NCBI RefSeq assembly: GCF_964355755.1
Contig: NC_092673.1
Location: 25,913,648-25,977,647 of the forward strand
Source of the DNA: Antedon mediterranea
Lineage: Eukaryota; Animalia; Echinodermata
DNA length: 64,000 nt
Direction: 5' to 3'
The notes beneath the pieces are model-generated. The model had not been told where the DNA came from. It did no database searches and was given only the letters and a program-made list of their open reading frames with translations. A program made the translations under genes and the position numbers. Below are positions 24,946 to 36,304 of the stretch, one piece after another (within the stretch, counting starts at the first letter, position 1; each line of letters starts with the position of its first letter).

Positions 24946-26642
24946 ATAGATACAACTTGTAAGCCTTATTAATAGTTATTGCCAACCTAGCTTTAAATAG
25001 GATTAGGCCTATAACATGCATCTGTGAGCATGGAGTAAGGAATAAGGTTTTAGCATGGAGGTATAAAAATAAAATATTTTATACCTCCATGATGGTTTTA
25101 TTGTGACTTGTGTGAATTTCGACACCACCAACTCGTCTTATTTTTAGTATAATACTATAATATTAATAAGAGCAGCGAAACTCAAAAAGCGAAAACTTGT
25201 GAATGGCTGCCAAAAATAGAAAATAAGGTCACCACCAGGACCAGGAGAGATTATGGTGCTTGGTTTTTCCTTCATGATTAATTAGATTTTAATGCTAATA
25301 TAAATTTGTGAAAATTGTAACTAGGCCTATACTGTACATCCAATAATGTAATTATTTTAGAGAAAATGACCAAATAATCTAAGTTGAATATTTTTTGGAA
25401 TGTGTACTTTACAGTACTTAGTACCGTTATGTTGAAAATTCTTCCAAAGCAATAACGTTCAAACCAACATTCACACAATTAAACTTTTTATGTACATATT
25501 TTAATAAATAATGTCTTTCTTTTAATAGGTATTAACACACTTGAATGAACAATATGAGCAAGTAGTGGAAAATGGTGAAGAAATCAACACAAAATGTGGT
25601 AGCAACATTCACAATATTTATTTGAACGTTTCTTACTATGACACTTTAAAATGGATGAACAATCACAGAAGACAAGCTATTGCTGTAATGCCACAATCAA
25701 CACATCAATTAATAGTTGAAAATAAATTGTCAACAATAATGCAGAAATTCAATGAAATATACTAGTAATTAACTCATTTTTTACTGTACTGTACTGTAAA
25801 TCTTCACACATTAAAATTATGGTGATTTTATTTCATGTACTGTAGTAGCATTTTTTTATTTATTTAATGCTGTATACAAATGTTATTGCTCTAATTATGA
25901 AAACTATACAACATTTTAAAAGCTGGAAAACAACCAACACATTTGCCTAATGCTTTATGATAGTCATCCAATATTTATCTTGTGTTCCACTACCGAGTCT
26001 ACTGCCAGTTGCCTTTAAAATGCTGTATGGGTGTAACTTCTGTTCCAGTCTTCATTAGCTTAAGTCTATAAATTGAAAAACAATGATGTATAAATACAAA
26101 AGTCAAATAGAAAAGTTAAATATTTCACAATTTATTGCATACATATAATTATTATTTCTGTACATGAATCTGAAGTTTTCAATTTGGGGTACTAATGTAC
26201 AGTAAGGAATCCCTGAAAAGTGCATCTCCTCCCTAAAAAGGCCTAGTCTAATTACTAGTGTTTTCGTTTTGGTTGCTATCAACAACAATCTATTCTACCG
26301 TCAACTTCTTTGGTACTGTATGCTGATCATTTTCCAAATGTTCGTTTTTTGTCATCAGTTAGTCTTTTTTAGACTTTAAAATTAATTCGAGCTCCAAATG
26401 TATATCAGTGGTACATCAACATAGTAGGCCTATTTCCTGTAGCTAGTTGTGGAGTGATGGCTTAGCTAGGTGAGTACGACATATAGGACCTAGCTAGGCC
26501 TCAAAGTGGGTTCCCGTCTACTTTTCTGACCCGATTATCTGCCTGCCTACAGCTGCTGCTACACTACACTACACAGTAGTAAACTACAGTACTAACTAGG
26601 ACTAGGCCCTACTAGATAGTATTAGTAGAAGTAGGCTTATAT

Positions 26643-27058
26643 TACAACAAATAACATTAATGTACGATCCCGTTTTACACTGTTCTCAACTATAGTCATT
26701 TTGGTATACTTGAGCACAGTGATAAAGAATAGGATAAACTTAATAATATACAACAAATAACATTAATGTACGATCCCGTTTAACACTGTTCTCAACTATA
26801 GTCATTTTGGTATACTTGAGCACAGTGATAAAGAATAGGATAAACTTAACAATATACAACAAATAACATTAATTAATGATCCCGTTTAACACTGTTCTAA
26901 CTATAGTCATTTTGGTATACTTGAGCACAGTGATAAAGAATAGGATAAACTTAACAATATACAACAAATAACATTAATGTATGATCCCGTTTAACACTGT
27001 TCTAACTATAGTCATTTTGGTATACTTGAGCACAGTGATAAAGAATAGGATAAACTTA
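26643..27058 (+). repeat. 106-bp satellite, array 2 (x about 4)
   Basis: Same unit and orientation as array 1. Confidence 0.92.
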
Positions 27059-28039
27059 TTGCAACTTGTCCATGTCGTATTCATCTACAAATAAAGTGTC
27101 TATTACCGTACTTTTAAAAATCTATTTATATCAATACCTATCAACGTATGTACGTGTGCATATTATATATACAAAAATATATACATCAACATAAATGTCA
27201 TATCATCTACAGTCATTAGTGTTATTTCACCTTTAATATTAGTAAATCCAAAGTATTTAATACTTAAATAATAACAATGCTGTGGTCTCAATGGAGATAC
27301 AAAAAAAAGAAGCGAAAAGCTAAATCAAAACGAAATGTGCTAATGCGTATAGATATGCTGAGTGGTTTCCGAGAAATATGAGTACGCATAATATGGCCTT
27401 ACGGAAAAGTAATACATACCAGGTCCCCAAAAATAAGACAAATAGATATGGAAACAGTGCAATCCCGTTTCTCACTCGCTGCCTCAACAGTATTGATTAA
27501 ATAATAAAAGAAAATAAATGTATAATGTAACCAGATATTAATTAATTTGACATATAGGCCTAGTAGAAATTTCTTGAATTTGACTCAATTTATTCTTAAT
27601 TCTCATTTAATTTTGTATTTAATGTTTTTGTAAATGTATAATTGTAATTATTTAATTGTCTGAAGTCGACTTTAATTAAGAAACCAATGTAAATACTGTA
27701 CTGCAACTTAAATTTAAGATTATATTTTTATACTGTAATTAAGTAATAATGTATATACTATATCCTTGCAATAAGACTATATTTTTTTAACTTTATGTTT
27801 ACATTTACATATATTTTGTAATTGCGATAATTTTGTTTAGGCCTAATGATGACTATTACTTTACTTGTCTTTTGAATGTATATTGTCCCTTACCATGCAA
27901 TTCAGCAGATTTGCTGCCAATTGGTTTGTTTTTAATAAAGAAAGAAAGAAAGAAAGATAAAGTAAAACAGACAGAAAAGTTAGCAGAGTTTTCGGGCAAC
28001 ACTAGCCCTTCATCAGTGCAAGTGAGGGTACCTGTACAA

Positions 28040-28852
28040 GATAGTGTTATTTAACGTTTAGTCGATTTATATCAATACACTCATCAACATATGTACATGT
28101 AATTCACGTCTACAATCAATAGTGTTAATTCCACTTTTAAAAGTTTTATTTATATCAATATACTCATCAACATATGTACGTGTCCACGTCATATTCATCT
28201 ATAAATATTAGTGTTATTTCACTTTTAAAAGTCGATTTATCAATATACTCATCAATAAATGTACTTGTCCACGTCATATTCATTTACAAATCAGTGTTAT
28301 TTCACTTTTCGAAGTCAATATCAATATAGGCCTACTCATCAACATATGTACGTGCAATTCACGTCATATTTATATATGATCAATAGTAATAGTGTTATTT
28401 CACTTTTAAAAGTCGATTTATATCAATATACTCATCAACATTATGTACCGTACGTGTCCACGTCATATTCATCTACAAATATTAGTGTTATTTCACTTTT
28501 AAAAGTCGATTTATATCAATATACTCATCAACATTATGTACCGTACGTGTCCACGTCATATTCATCTACAAATATTAGTGTTATTTCACTTTTAAAAGTC
28601 GATTTATATCAATATACTAATCAACATATGTACGTGTCCACGTCATATTCATCTACAAATATTAGTGTTATTTCACTTTTCAAAGTCGATTTATATAAAT
28701 ATACTACTCATCAACATAATGTACGTGCAATTCACGTCATATTTATCTACAATCATTTGTGTTAATTCCACTTTTAAAAGTCAATTTATATCAATTACTT
28801 ATGAACATATGTACGTGTCCGCGTCATTCATCTAGAAATATTATAGTGTTAT
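28040..28852. repeat. About 90-bp tandem repeat x about 9
   Basis: Unit TAGTGTTATTTCACTTTTAAAAGTCGATTTATATCAATATACTCATCAACATATGTACGTGTCCACGTCATATTCATCTACAAATAT. Degenerate copies at about 27070-27235. Confidence 0.9.
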
Positions 28853-28865
28853 TATGTTTTTCATA

Positions 28866-30955
28866 TTATCACTGTGCTCAAGTATATGAAAATGACTATA
28901 GTTGAGAACAGTGTTAAACAGGATCGTGTACATTAATGTTATTTGTTGTATATTGTGCTCAAGTATACCAAAATGACTATAGTTGAGAACAGTGTTAAAC
29001 GGGATCGTACATTAATGTTTTTTGTTGTATATTATTAAGTTTATCCTATTCTTTATCACTGTGCTCAATTATACCAAAATGACTATAGTTGAGAACAGTG
29101 TTAAACTGGATAGTACATTAATGCTATTTGTTGTATATTGTTAAGTTTATCCTATTCTTTATCACTGTGCTCAAGTATACCAAAATGACTATAGTTGAGA
29201 ACAGTGTTAAACGGGATCGTACATTAATGTTTTTTGTTGTATAATTTTAAGTTTATCCTATTCTTTATCACTGTGCTCAAGTATACCAAAATGACTTTAG
29301 TTGAGAACAGTGTTAAACGGGATCATACATTAATGTTATTTGTTGTATATTGTTAAGTTTATCCTATTCTTTATCACTGTGCTCAAGTATACCAAAATGA
29401 CTATAGTTGAGAACAGTGTTAAACGGGATCGTACATTAATGTTATTTGTTGTATATTTTTAAGTTTATCCTATTCTTTATCACTGTGCTCAAGTATACCA
29501 AAATGACTATAGTTGAGAACAGTGTTAAACGGGATCGTACATTAATGTTTTTTGTTGTATATTGTTAAGTTTATCCCATTCTTTATCACTGTGCTCAAGT
29601 ATACCAAACGACTATAGTTGAGAACAGTGGTAAACGGGATCGTACATTAATGTTATTTGTTGTATATTGTTAAGTTTATCCTATTCTTTATCACTGTGCT
29701 CAAGTATACCAAAATCACTATAGTTGAGAACAGTGTTAAACGGGATCGCACATTAATGTTATTTGTTGTATATTATTAAGTTTATCCTATTCTTTATCAC
29801 TGTGCTCAAGTATACCAAAATGACTATAGTTGAGAACAGTGGTAAACGGGATCGTACATTAATGTTATTTGTTGTATATTATTAAGTTTATCCTATTCTT
29901 TATCACTGTGCTCAAGTATACCAAAATGACTATAGTTGAGAACAGTGTTAAACTGGATTGTACATTAATGCTATTTGTTGTATATTGTTAAGTTTATCCT
30001 ATTCTTTATCACTGTGCTCAAGTATACCAAAATGACTATAGTTGAGAACAGTGTTAAACTGGATCGTACATTAATGCTATTTGTTGTATATTGTTAAGTT
30101 TATCCTATTCTTTATCACTGTGCTCAAGTATACCAAAATGACTATAGTTGAGAACAGTGTTAAACTGGATCGTACATTAATGTTATTTGTTGTATATTGT
30201 TAAGTTTATCCTATTTTTTATCACTGTTCTCAAGTATACCAAAATGACTATAGTTGAGAACAGTGTTAAACTGGATCGTACATTAATGTTTTTTGTTGTA
30301 CATTTTTAAGTTTATCCTATTCTTTATCACTGTGCTCAAGTATATACCAAAATGACTATAGTCGAGAACAGTGTTAAACGGGATCATACATTAATGTTAT
30401 TTGTTGTATATTGTTAAGTTTATCCTATTCTTTATCACTGTGCTCAAGTATACCAAAATGACTATAGTTGAGAACAGTGTTAAACGGGATCATACATTAA
30501 TGTTATTTGTTGTATATTTTTAAGTTTATCCTATTCTTTATCACTGTGCTCAAGTATACCAAAATGACTATAGTTGAGAACAGTGTTAAACGGGATCGTA
30601 CATTAATGTTTTTTGTTGTATATTGTTAAGTTTATCCTATTCTTTATCACTGTGGTCAAGTATACCAAACGACTATAGTTGAGAACAGTGGTAAACGGGA
30701 TCGTACATTAATGTTATTTGTTGTATATTGTTAAGTTTATCCTATTCTTTATCACTGTGCTCAAGTATACCAAAATTACTATAGTTGAGAACAGTGTTAA
30801 ACGGAATCATACATTAATGTTATTTGTTGTATATTGTTAAGTTTATCCTATTCTTTATCACTGTGCTCAAGTATACCAAAATGATTATAGTTGAGAACAG
30901 TGTTAAACTACATCGTACATTAATGTTATTTGTTGTATAGGCCCTATTGTTAAGT
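28866..30955 (-). repeat. 106-bp satellite, array 3 (x about 19-20), inverted relative to arrays 1 and 2
   Basis: Unit TTATCACTGTGCTCAAGTATACCAAAATGACTATAGTTGAGAACAGTGTTAAACGGGATCGTACATTAATG... is the reverse complement of the array 1 unit. Confidence 0.96.
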
Positions 30956-31400
30956 GTATTCTTTATTCTTATTAATTGTACTAAATTATTAAAAGAAACA
31001 GTAGTAAGCATAACATTTCCCCACTCCTACATTAGCATGGTAGGGCATTGTAATGGTCGCAGGTGGCTCAACTTTATTACTGCAATGGGATGGACATGGT
31101 CCTACTACCACCTTACCATCCAATAGGATTCCAGTAAATTTCCTTTACTACCAATCATAATTCAGTAATTAAATGACCCCTTAAGTTAACAAGGAAATCA
31201 GCCTATCCCATTATACCGGTAGGCTTCGTCGTACAGGCGTACTGCGGTAATAGTTGAGAATTCTCTACTAGCCAATTTGGTATATTTTATATACCTGGTT
31301 ATTATTAAAACATACACTGACTGCGGTTCAGCACTACATTTACCACCACGTCGCCAAACCAACCCAACGCACCACCGGTTTTATAAACTAAATAATAAAA

Positions 31401-31532
31401 ATGCCTCTTGAATTTGAGTTAGCACCTGGTCGTAAAATTGGTGGTGATAATCCTTGTTTTATTATTGCAGAAATTGGCCAGAATCACCAAGGTGATATTG
31501 AAATTGCAAAACAGTTAATCAAAGTCGCAAAG
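31401..31532 (+). CDS. NANS: NANS exon 1
   Basis: MPLEFELAPGRKIGGDNPCFIIAEIGQNHQGDIEIAKQLIKVAK. Donor AAG|GTAGG. Confidence 0.96.
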
Positions 31533-34440
31533 GTAGGCACCACCTCTCTCTGCTCTCCTCTGTCCATGAGATAATTGGCACTCAAAACACCGCCGGCTCC
31601 CGGTGGTGATATACTGTATATAAGTTGCCCGGTCTTTACTACGCCTAGCTTAGCTAGAAGTAGTAGGCTAATCTAAAACAGTGACAGTCATATTTGCTAA
31701 TGTATTTAATTAAAATCTGAAACAAATTATATTAATTATCAATTTGATAAATTATATTCATTATTTTTATCTCAATTTTATTCATTATTTTTATCTCAAT
31801 TTTATTCATTATTTTTATCTCAATTTTATTCCAGGAAGCAGGAGCAGACTGTGCCAAGTTCCAGAAAAGCGAGTTGGACTTTAAATTCAACAAGGCAGCA
31901 TTAGCTAAACCATACACTTCTAAACATTCCTGGGGCAAAACTTATGGGGAACACAAACGGTTCTTGGAGTTCAGCCATGACCAGTACAGGCAATTGAAGG
32001 CATATGCGGAAGAGCTTGGAATATTTTTTACAGCATCTGGCATGGATGAAGTAATATATACATACCAAATTTATGATATTAGGAAAAATAATGAAATTCA
32101 ATATTTTTTTATATTTTAATTTTAATCAATTAATTTAAACCTATGGAGTACACAAAATCCATTGAAACTGTACTATATACAATTGGCCAACCCTGTCCTC
32201 TTTATATTAAAAAATAATATTTTCTTTTTTTTAAAAGGCTGCACAAGAATTCCTCGATGAGCTTAATGTACCATTTTTCAAGATCGGTTCTGGAGATACG
32301 AATAATTTAAAATTCCTTGCTAAGTCAGCTAAGATGGGCCGTCCAATGATCATATCATCAGGAATGCAAACACTTGAGACTATGAAAAAAGTAATTATAA
32401 CTAAATAATGGAATACCAATAGTAAGAGGGAAGAGTAAGTTTAAACACTACATCCATCCTCTATTCATGAGACATTCTTATTAAGGGGACAATTGTGAAA
32501 CAAACAAATACAATGATTTAACACTACAGCTACTGTGTCCCCTTTTCAGGAGACACCCCTATTAGATGTTCAACTGCAAGTGTAATATTAACATAATTTC
32601 ACATATTATATGCTATCTTTTTTTTTCAGGTATACAAAACCGTAAAACCTTTCAACGAAAACTTCTGTTTTCTTCAATGTACCAGTGCTTACCCTTTGGC
32701 TCCCGAAGATGTACATCTGCGAACAATGGATGTATGAACAATTTAATATTATATTTCAAATATTATTATACACTAGTAATGCAGTTTTAATTTCACAATG
32801 GTGCAAACTCATTTCATTTATTTCATTTATTCCACATTTATTTAGTCATCAATTACAGTACATCATAATTACAGTACAACTGAAAACAGGGATCCTGCAT
32901 AAAAAAGCTGTAGCTTCGATTTTTTGTAGCCTGACCCTTTTACATAAGAACAAGTATATACTGTAGAGCTTAAATAAAACAAAGGTGTTTCTCCAGAATA
33001 AACTAATTTAAAGATACATAATAACTTCTTAAATTCTACTAGCCATGTTATTGCAAATGTTGGTGTAGCAAAACACATTTATTTTGCTATTTCTTAAATT
33101 CAACATTTCAGGATTTTTATTCATTGTGTTGCTTTTTCACAGAATACATACAGACACTACAATAGAATTTCAAAAAGCATTCACACATTATAGTACAACT
33201 TTATCAAATGCAAATTTTCTTGTGTAATAGGTTTATCGTAAAGAATTTCCAGACATTCCTGTCGGCTATTCAGGTCATGAAAGTGGTATGACCATAACAA
33301 TTGCAGCTGTTGCCATGGGTGCAAAGGTTGTAGAGAGACACATAACGATGGACAAATCATGGAAGGGAAATGATCACGAAGCCTCTCTAGGTAACTATCT
33401 TACGTCACGCCATGGTGATTTGTTTATCTACATTGTCGAGCATTTTTCATCATCATCTTCCTATACCCATTTGAGTACAGTATAGTCGCACATGGTTGAA
33501 TTGAATTGTTATGTTCAGTGGCTGTACACCGGGGTTACCACCATTCGTTTTCGAAAGATGTACCAGGTTCTTTAAAGTGCATATGAGCTAGATGTGTACA
33601 CTGGATCTACAGTTTATATCCTATGCTTATCCGAGAAGACTCATTCTACCACCAAAACCATGGAGCAAGTGAGCCTCGAACCCTTGCCGATGTTATGGCT
33701 ACGTAATTACAGTTCCACTGTCTTCCCTGCTAGGCCACTCACTCGCACATGTTTTATTATTAATAATAATAATAATAATATAATAATAATAATAATAATA
33801 TAGTAAGTAATGTAGAAGAATAAATATAAATAATAAAGTAAATTGAACAAATATTTAAACTTTTTTTTAGAACCGGATGAGTTGACTGACCTCATCAAAC
33901 AAATCCGAATTGTAGAACGTTCGTTTGGGTCACTTGTGAAGGAGATGAGAGAATGCGAACTGCCCACATACAACAAAGTAAGTTTTTGTGGAAAATCGGC
34001 CTAATATAATCACATAATAAAATATTAAATCAGCATTAGCAAAATATTGTATGTTGTGCAAACCTTGGTCAGGATTCAAGCCCATATCTTCAGTTCAATA
34101 GCCTGGAATCCTACCTCCTAAACCATAGATTGCATCTCATTACTAAAGGATGCTTATAAGCAAAGATATCGTAGTCCAAGAAAGTTTTGTTTTACCTGAA
34201 TCATATAAATTAACAACCTCACCATTATTGTGTTTTTTATTTTATTAGTTGGGGAAAAGTGTTGTTGCAGCAAAGGATATACCAGCCGGAACAATCATCT
34301 CGGAGGAGCACTTGGGTGTCAAGGTGGCCATTCCCAAAGGACATGCGCCGGAGAACCGAAGTGAACTTTTAGGAAAGAGATCCAAAAGAACGATCGAATA
34401 CGATGAGAGTATCAACCTGGAAGATTTAGTAAATGAGTAG
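31401..34440 (+). CDS. NANS: Sialic acid synthase (N-acetylneuraminate-9-phosphate synthase): NeuB domain plus C-terminal SAF/antifreeze-like domain, 7 coding exons, 353 aa
   Basis: Exons 31401-31532, 31835-32050, 32238-32390, 32630-32731, 33231-33390, 33871-33977 and 34249-34440 (1062 nt) join in frame over GT-AG introns. Motifs include PCFIIAEIGQNHQGD, GADCAKFQKS, FFKIGSGD, LQCTSAYP, GYSGHE, ERHITMDKSWKGNDH and LGKSVVAAKDIPAG. Confidence 0.97.
31756..31830. repeat. 24-bp tandem repeat x3 forming the polypyrimidine region of NANS intron 1
   Basis: ATTCATTATTTTTATCTCAATTTT three times, just before the CAG acceptor. Confidence 0.85.
31835..32050 (+). CDS. NANS: NANS exon 2
   Basis: EAGADCAKFQKSELDFKFN...HSWGKTYGEHKRFLEFSHDQY...FTASGMDE. 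Confidence 0.96.
32238..32390 (+). CDS. NANS: NANS exon 3
   Basis: AAQEFLDELNVPFFKIGSGDTNN...GRPMIISSGMQTLETMKK. AAG acceptor. Confidence 0.93.
32630..32731 (+). CDS. NANS: NANS exon 4
   Basis: VYKTVKPFNENFCFLQCTSAYPLAPEDVHLRTMD. Confidence 0.94.
33231..33390 (+). CDS. NANS: NANS exon 5
   Basis: VYRKEFPDIPVGYSGHESGMTITIAAVAMGAKVVERHITMDKSWKGNDHEASL. Phase 1 donor. Confidence 0.96.
33413..33748 (-). mobile_element. tRNA-derived SINE with Deu/Nin-like body in NANS intron 5
   Basis: The minus strand has A-box-like TGGCCTAGCAGG, B-box-like GGTTCGAGGC, and body GGATATAAACTGTAGATCC...GCACTTTAAAGAACC, which resembles the Nin/Deu domain as I recall it. An (AAT)n run lies at 33757-33800. Confidence 0.65.
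33871..33977 (+). CDS. NANS: NANS exon 6
   Basis: EPDELTDLIKQIRIVERSFGSLVKEMRECELPTYNK. GTAAGT donor. Confidence 0.95.
34249..34440 (+). CDS. NANS: NANS exon 7 (SAF domain, terminal)
   Basis: LGKSVVAAKDIPAGTIISEEHLGVKVAIPKG...EDLVNE then stop. Confidence 0.96.
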   Translation: MGKSVVAAKDIPAGTIISEEHLGVKVAIPKGHAPENRSELLGKRSKRTIEYDESINLEDLVNE

Positions 34441-35807
34441 AATAATAAATAAATATGTTGTCCTACAATTATATTCTGGACCCACCTTGAGCCAAAATCA
34501 GTTTCTGAATTATTAATAAACTCATAATTTTTTTTTTTTTTTTTTTTAATTTTTAATTGTTTTAGTAAAAGAAGGGTATACTTACAACAATGTATAAACT
34601 GAACAGATGATCTTGTTATGGTATAGAAGGTGTACAATACTTAGGATTTATATATATACTTTTGAATTTATCTCATCAAAGAGTAGTTATCTAAAAGAAA
34701 AAAAACATCAGGTTATGGATAATTTTTATTGAAATTTTCCTCTTTCCAATGAAGCAACTATATCATAGAATTTATGAAATATAATCATAGTTTATTATCA
34801 TAAAATTATTATATTTTACACTGGTTTTACAGTGATGAATTATGTGAGCAGCTTATTGTTGCTGATACAATAATACAAGTAAAGGCTCACAGAGTTTTTT
34901 ATGTAACTTTTTATTTTGAAACTTTGTAGAGACGATTATAATTATTTCCAGAGCTTTTGATCATGAATTCATTTTTTTAAATTGTCATTAAGATTCTCAA
35001 AAAGTAAATAAATTATTGCATACAAAAGTTAGTCATTTATATATTCAATCTTTGGTCTGTGAACAACCTATTTTCTTATTCTAACTAATTTAAAATTGGA
35101 TATTAATTCTAAATATTGTGTCGATTGTCATGCGAATCCTAAAACCGTACTAAGAGATTAACAATGATAAAAGTATGAAGTAATGTCACAGATACCTAGT
35201 GACTACTGATAAGAACTATAACGGAATATGGGTAAACATAAGGAAAAAATCAGCCATAAAAAGAAAGAAATGGCAAGCTTTAGTCAAACACTATATAATA
35301 TATACCTCTGCATTTTACTACGGCTACATACATATGAAATATCAACCAGATCTTGAGAAACATAATTGGAAGCTTGGTAGCAGAAAGATCGTCAAGAAAA
35401 CTATTTAAAAAATTGTATTAAAATGTAATACAGTATAACAAGGAAATTCTAAATCGTTTTAGAAAAATAAAACACTTAAATGTTTCGAGGGCGCAATATG
35501 TGGTTTTTCGAAAAGCAAATTTAAAAAAGAAATGAAAACATAATATTTGTTTCTTTAGGATATTTATTTATTTTATAAGAGAATTCTACTGTATATTTGA
35601 GAGAAAGTGTGTTTTATGTATATTGAATTTTTTAGACAGGTAGCCCTAATTTATTTATATAGCTATTTATATTTCAATGTTTAGGGGCTGAACTTGATTA
35701 GTTTTAACTATTTTTTAGCCCTTCCCTTGATAAAAGTATTATTTGTATGTTACAATGTTTATAATTTATATTTATGAGTAAAAAATAAATGAAAAAATGA
35801 AATAAAT

Positions 35808-36304
35808 GTTATATAAAACAAATAATGATGTTTTATATTCGTGTAATGGTACAAATAATGGCATTTGCTGAATGATGAAAGGTTAAATATCAAATCGGAT
35901 GTCGCCTCGTTGATATATTAATAACCATTCATCATTCATCTCTTGCAATTATTTGTACCATTACACTCATAAACATTTATTATTTGTATATTATATAACA
36001 CCTATATAAATTCCTGTCATTTGATTGGACGAATGTGGGTCACATGGCGTGCAATAGTACGCACTATTCAACGATCGTTAAATAGTACTTTTTGAAACAT
36101 TTTTGTGTACGAAAAAAAAACGTCTAGATGTTATATAAAACAAATAATGAATGTTTTGTATTCGTGTAATGGTACAAATAATGGCACTTGGTGAATGATG
36201 AAAGGTTATATCAACTCGGCTTTGCCTCGTTGATATAACCTTTCATCATTCACCTCGTGCCATTATTTGTACCATTGCACTCATAAACATTCATTATTTG
36301 TATA
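35808..36304. mobile_element. Two adjacent copies of a about 175-190-bp palindromic (hairpin) element
   Basis: 35808-36000 and 36130-36304 each fold back on themselves (TGGTACAAATAATGGCA...TGCCATTATTTGTACCA) around a CTCGGCTTTGCCTCG-type centre. Confidence 0.75.

Larger units (their letters stand above)
19685..26640. mobile_element. Decayed Kolobok-like transposon (right boundary approximate) hosting nested elements
   Basis: Starts TTAA|AGATGTATTGTCCCC. Disrupted coding remnants at about 25170-25765 (+) and 25920-26065 (-) are tail-to-tail. No right TIR found. Confidence 0.45.

Noticed and set aside
24797-25021. Proline-rich 74-aa ORF
   Set aside because: Translation of GGACAACTACCCC transposon arm repeats.
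28259-28765. 168-aa ORF
   Set aside because: Lies wholly in the 90-bp tandem repeat; repetitive translation with no domain.
34245-34637. 130-aa minus-strand ORF
   Set aside because: Antisense shadow of NANS exon 7 and its 3' UTR, including a poly-T run.
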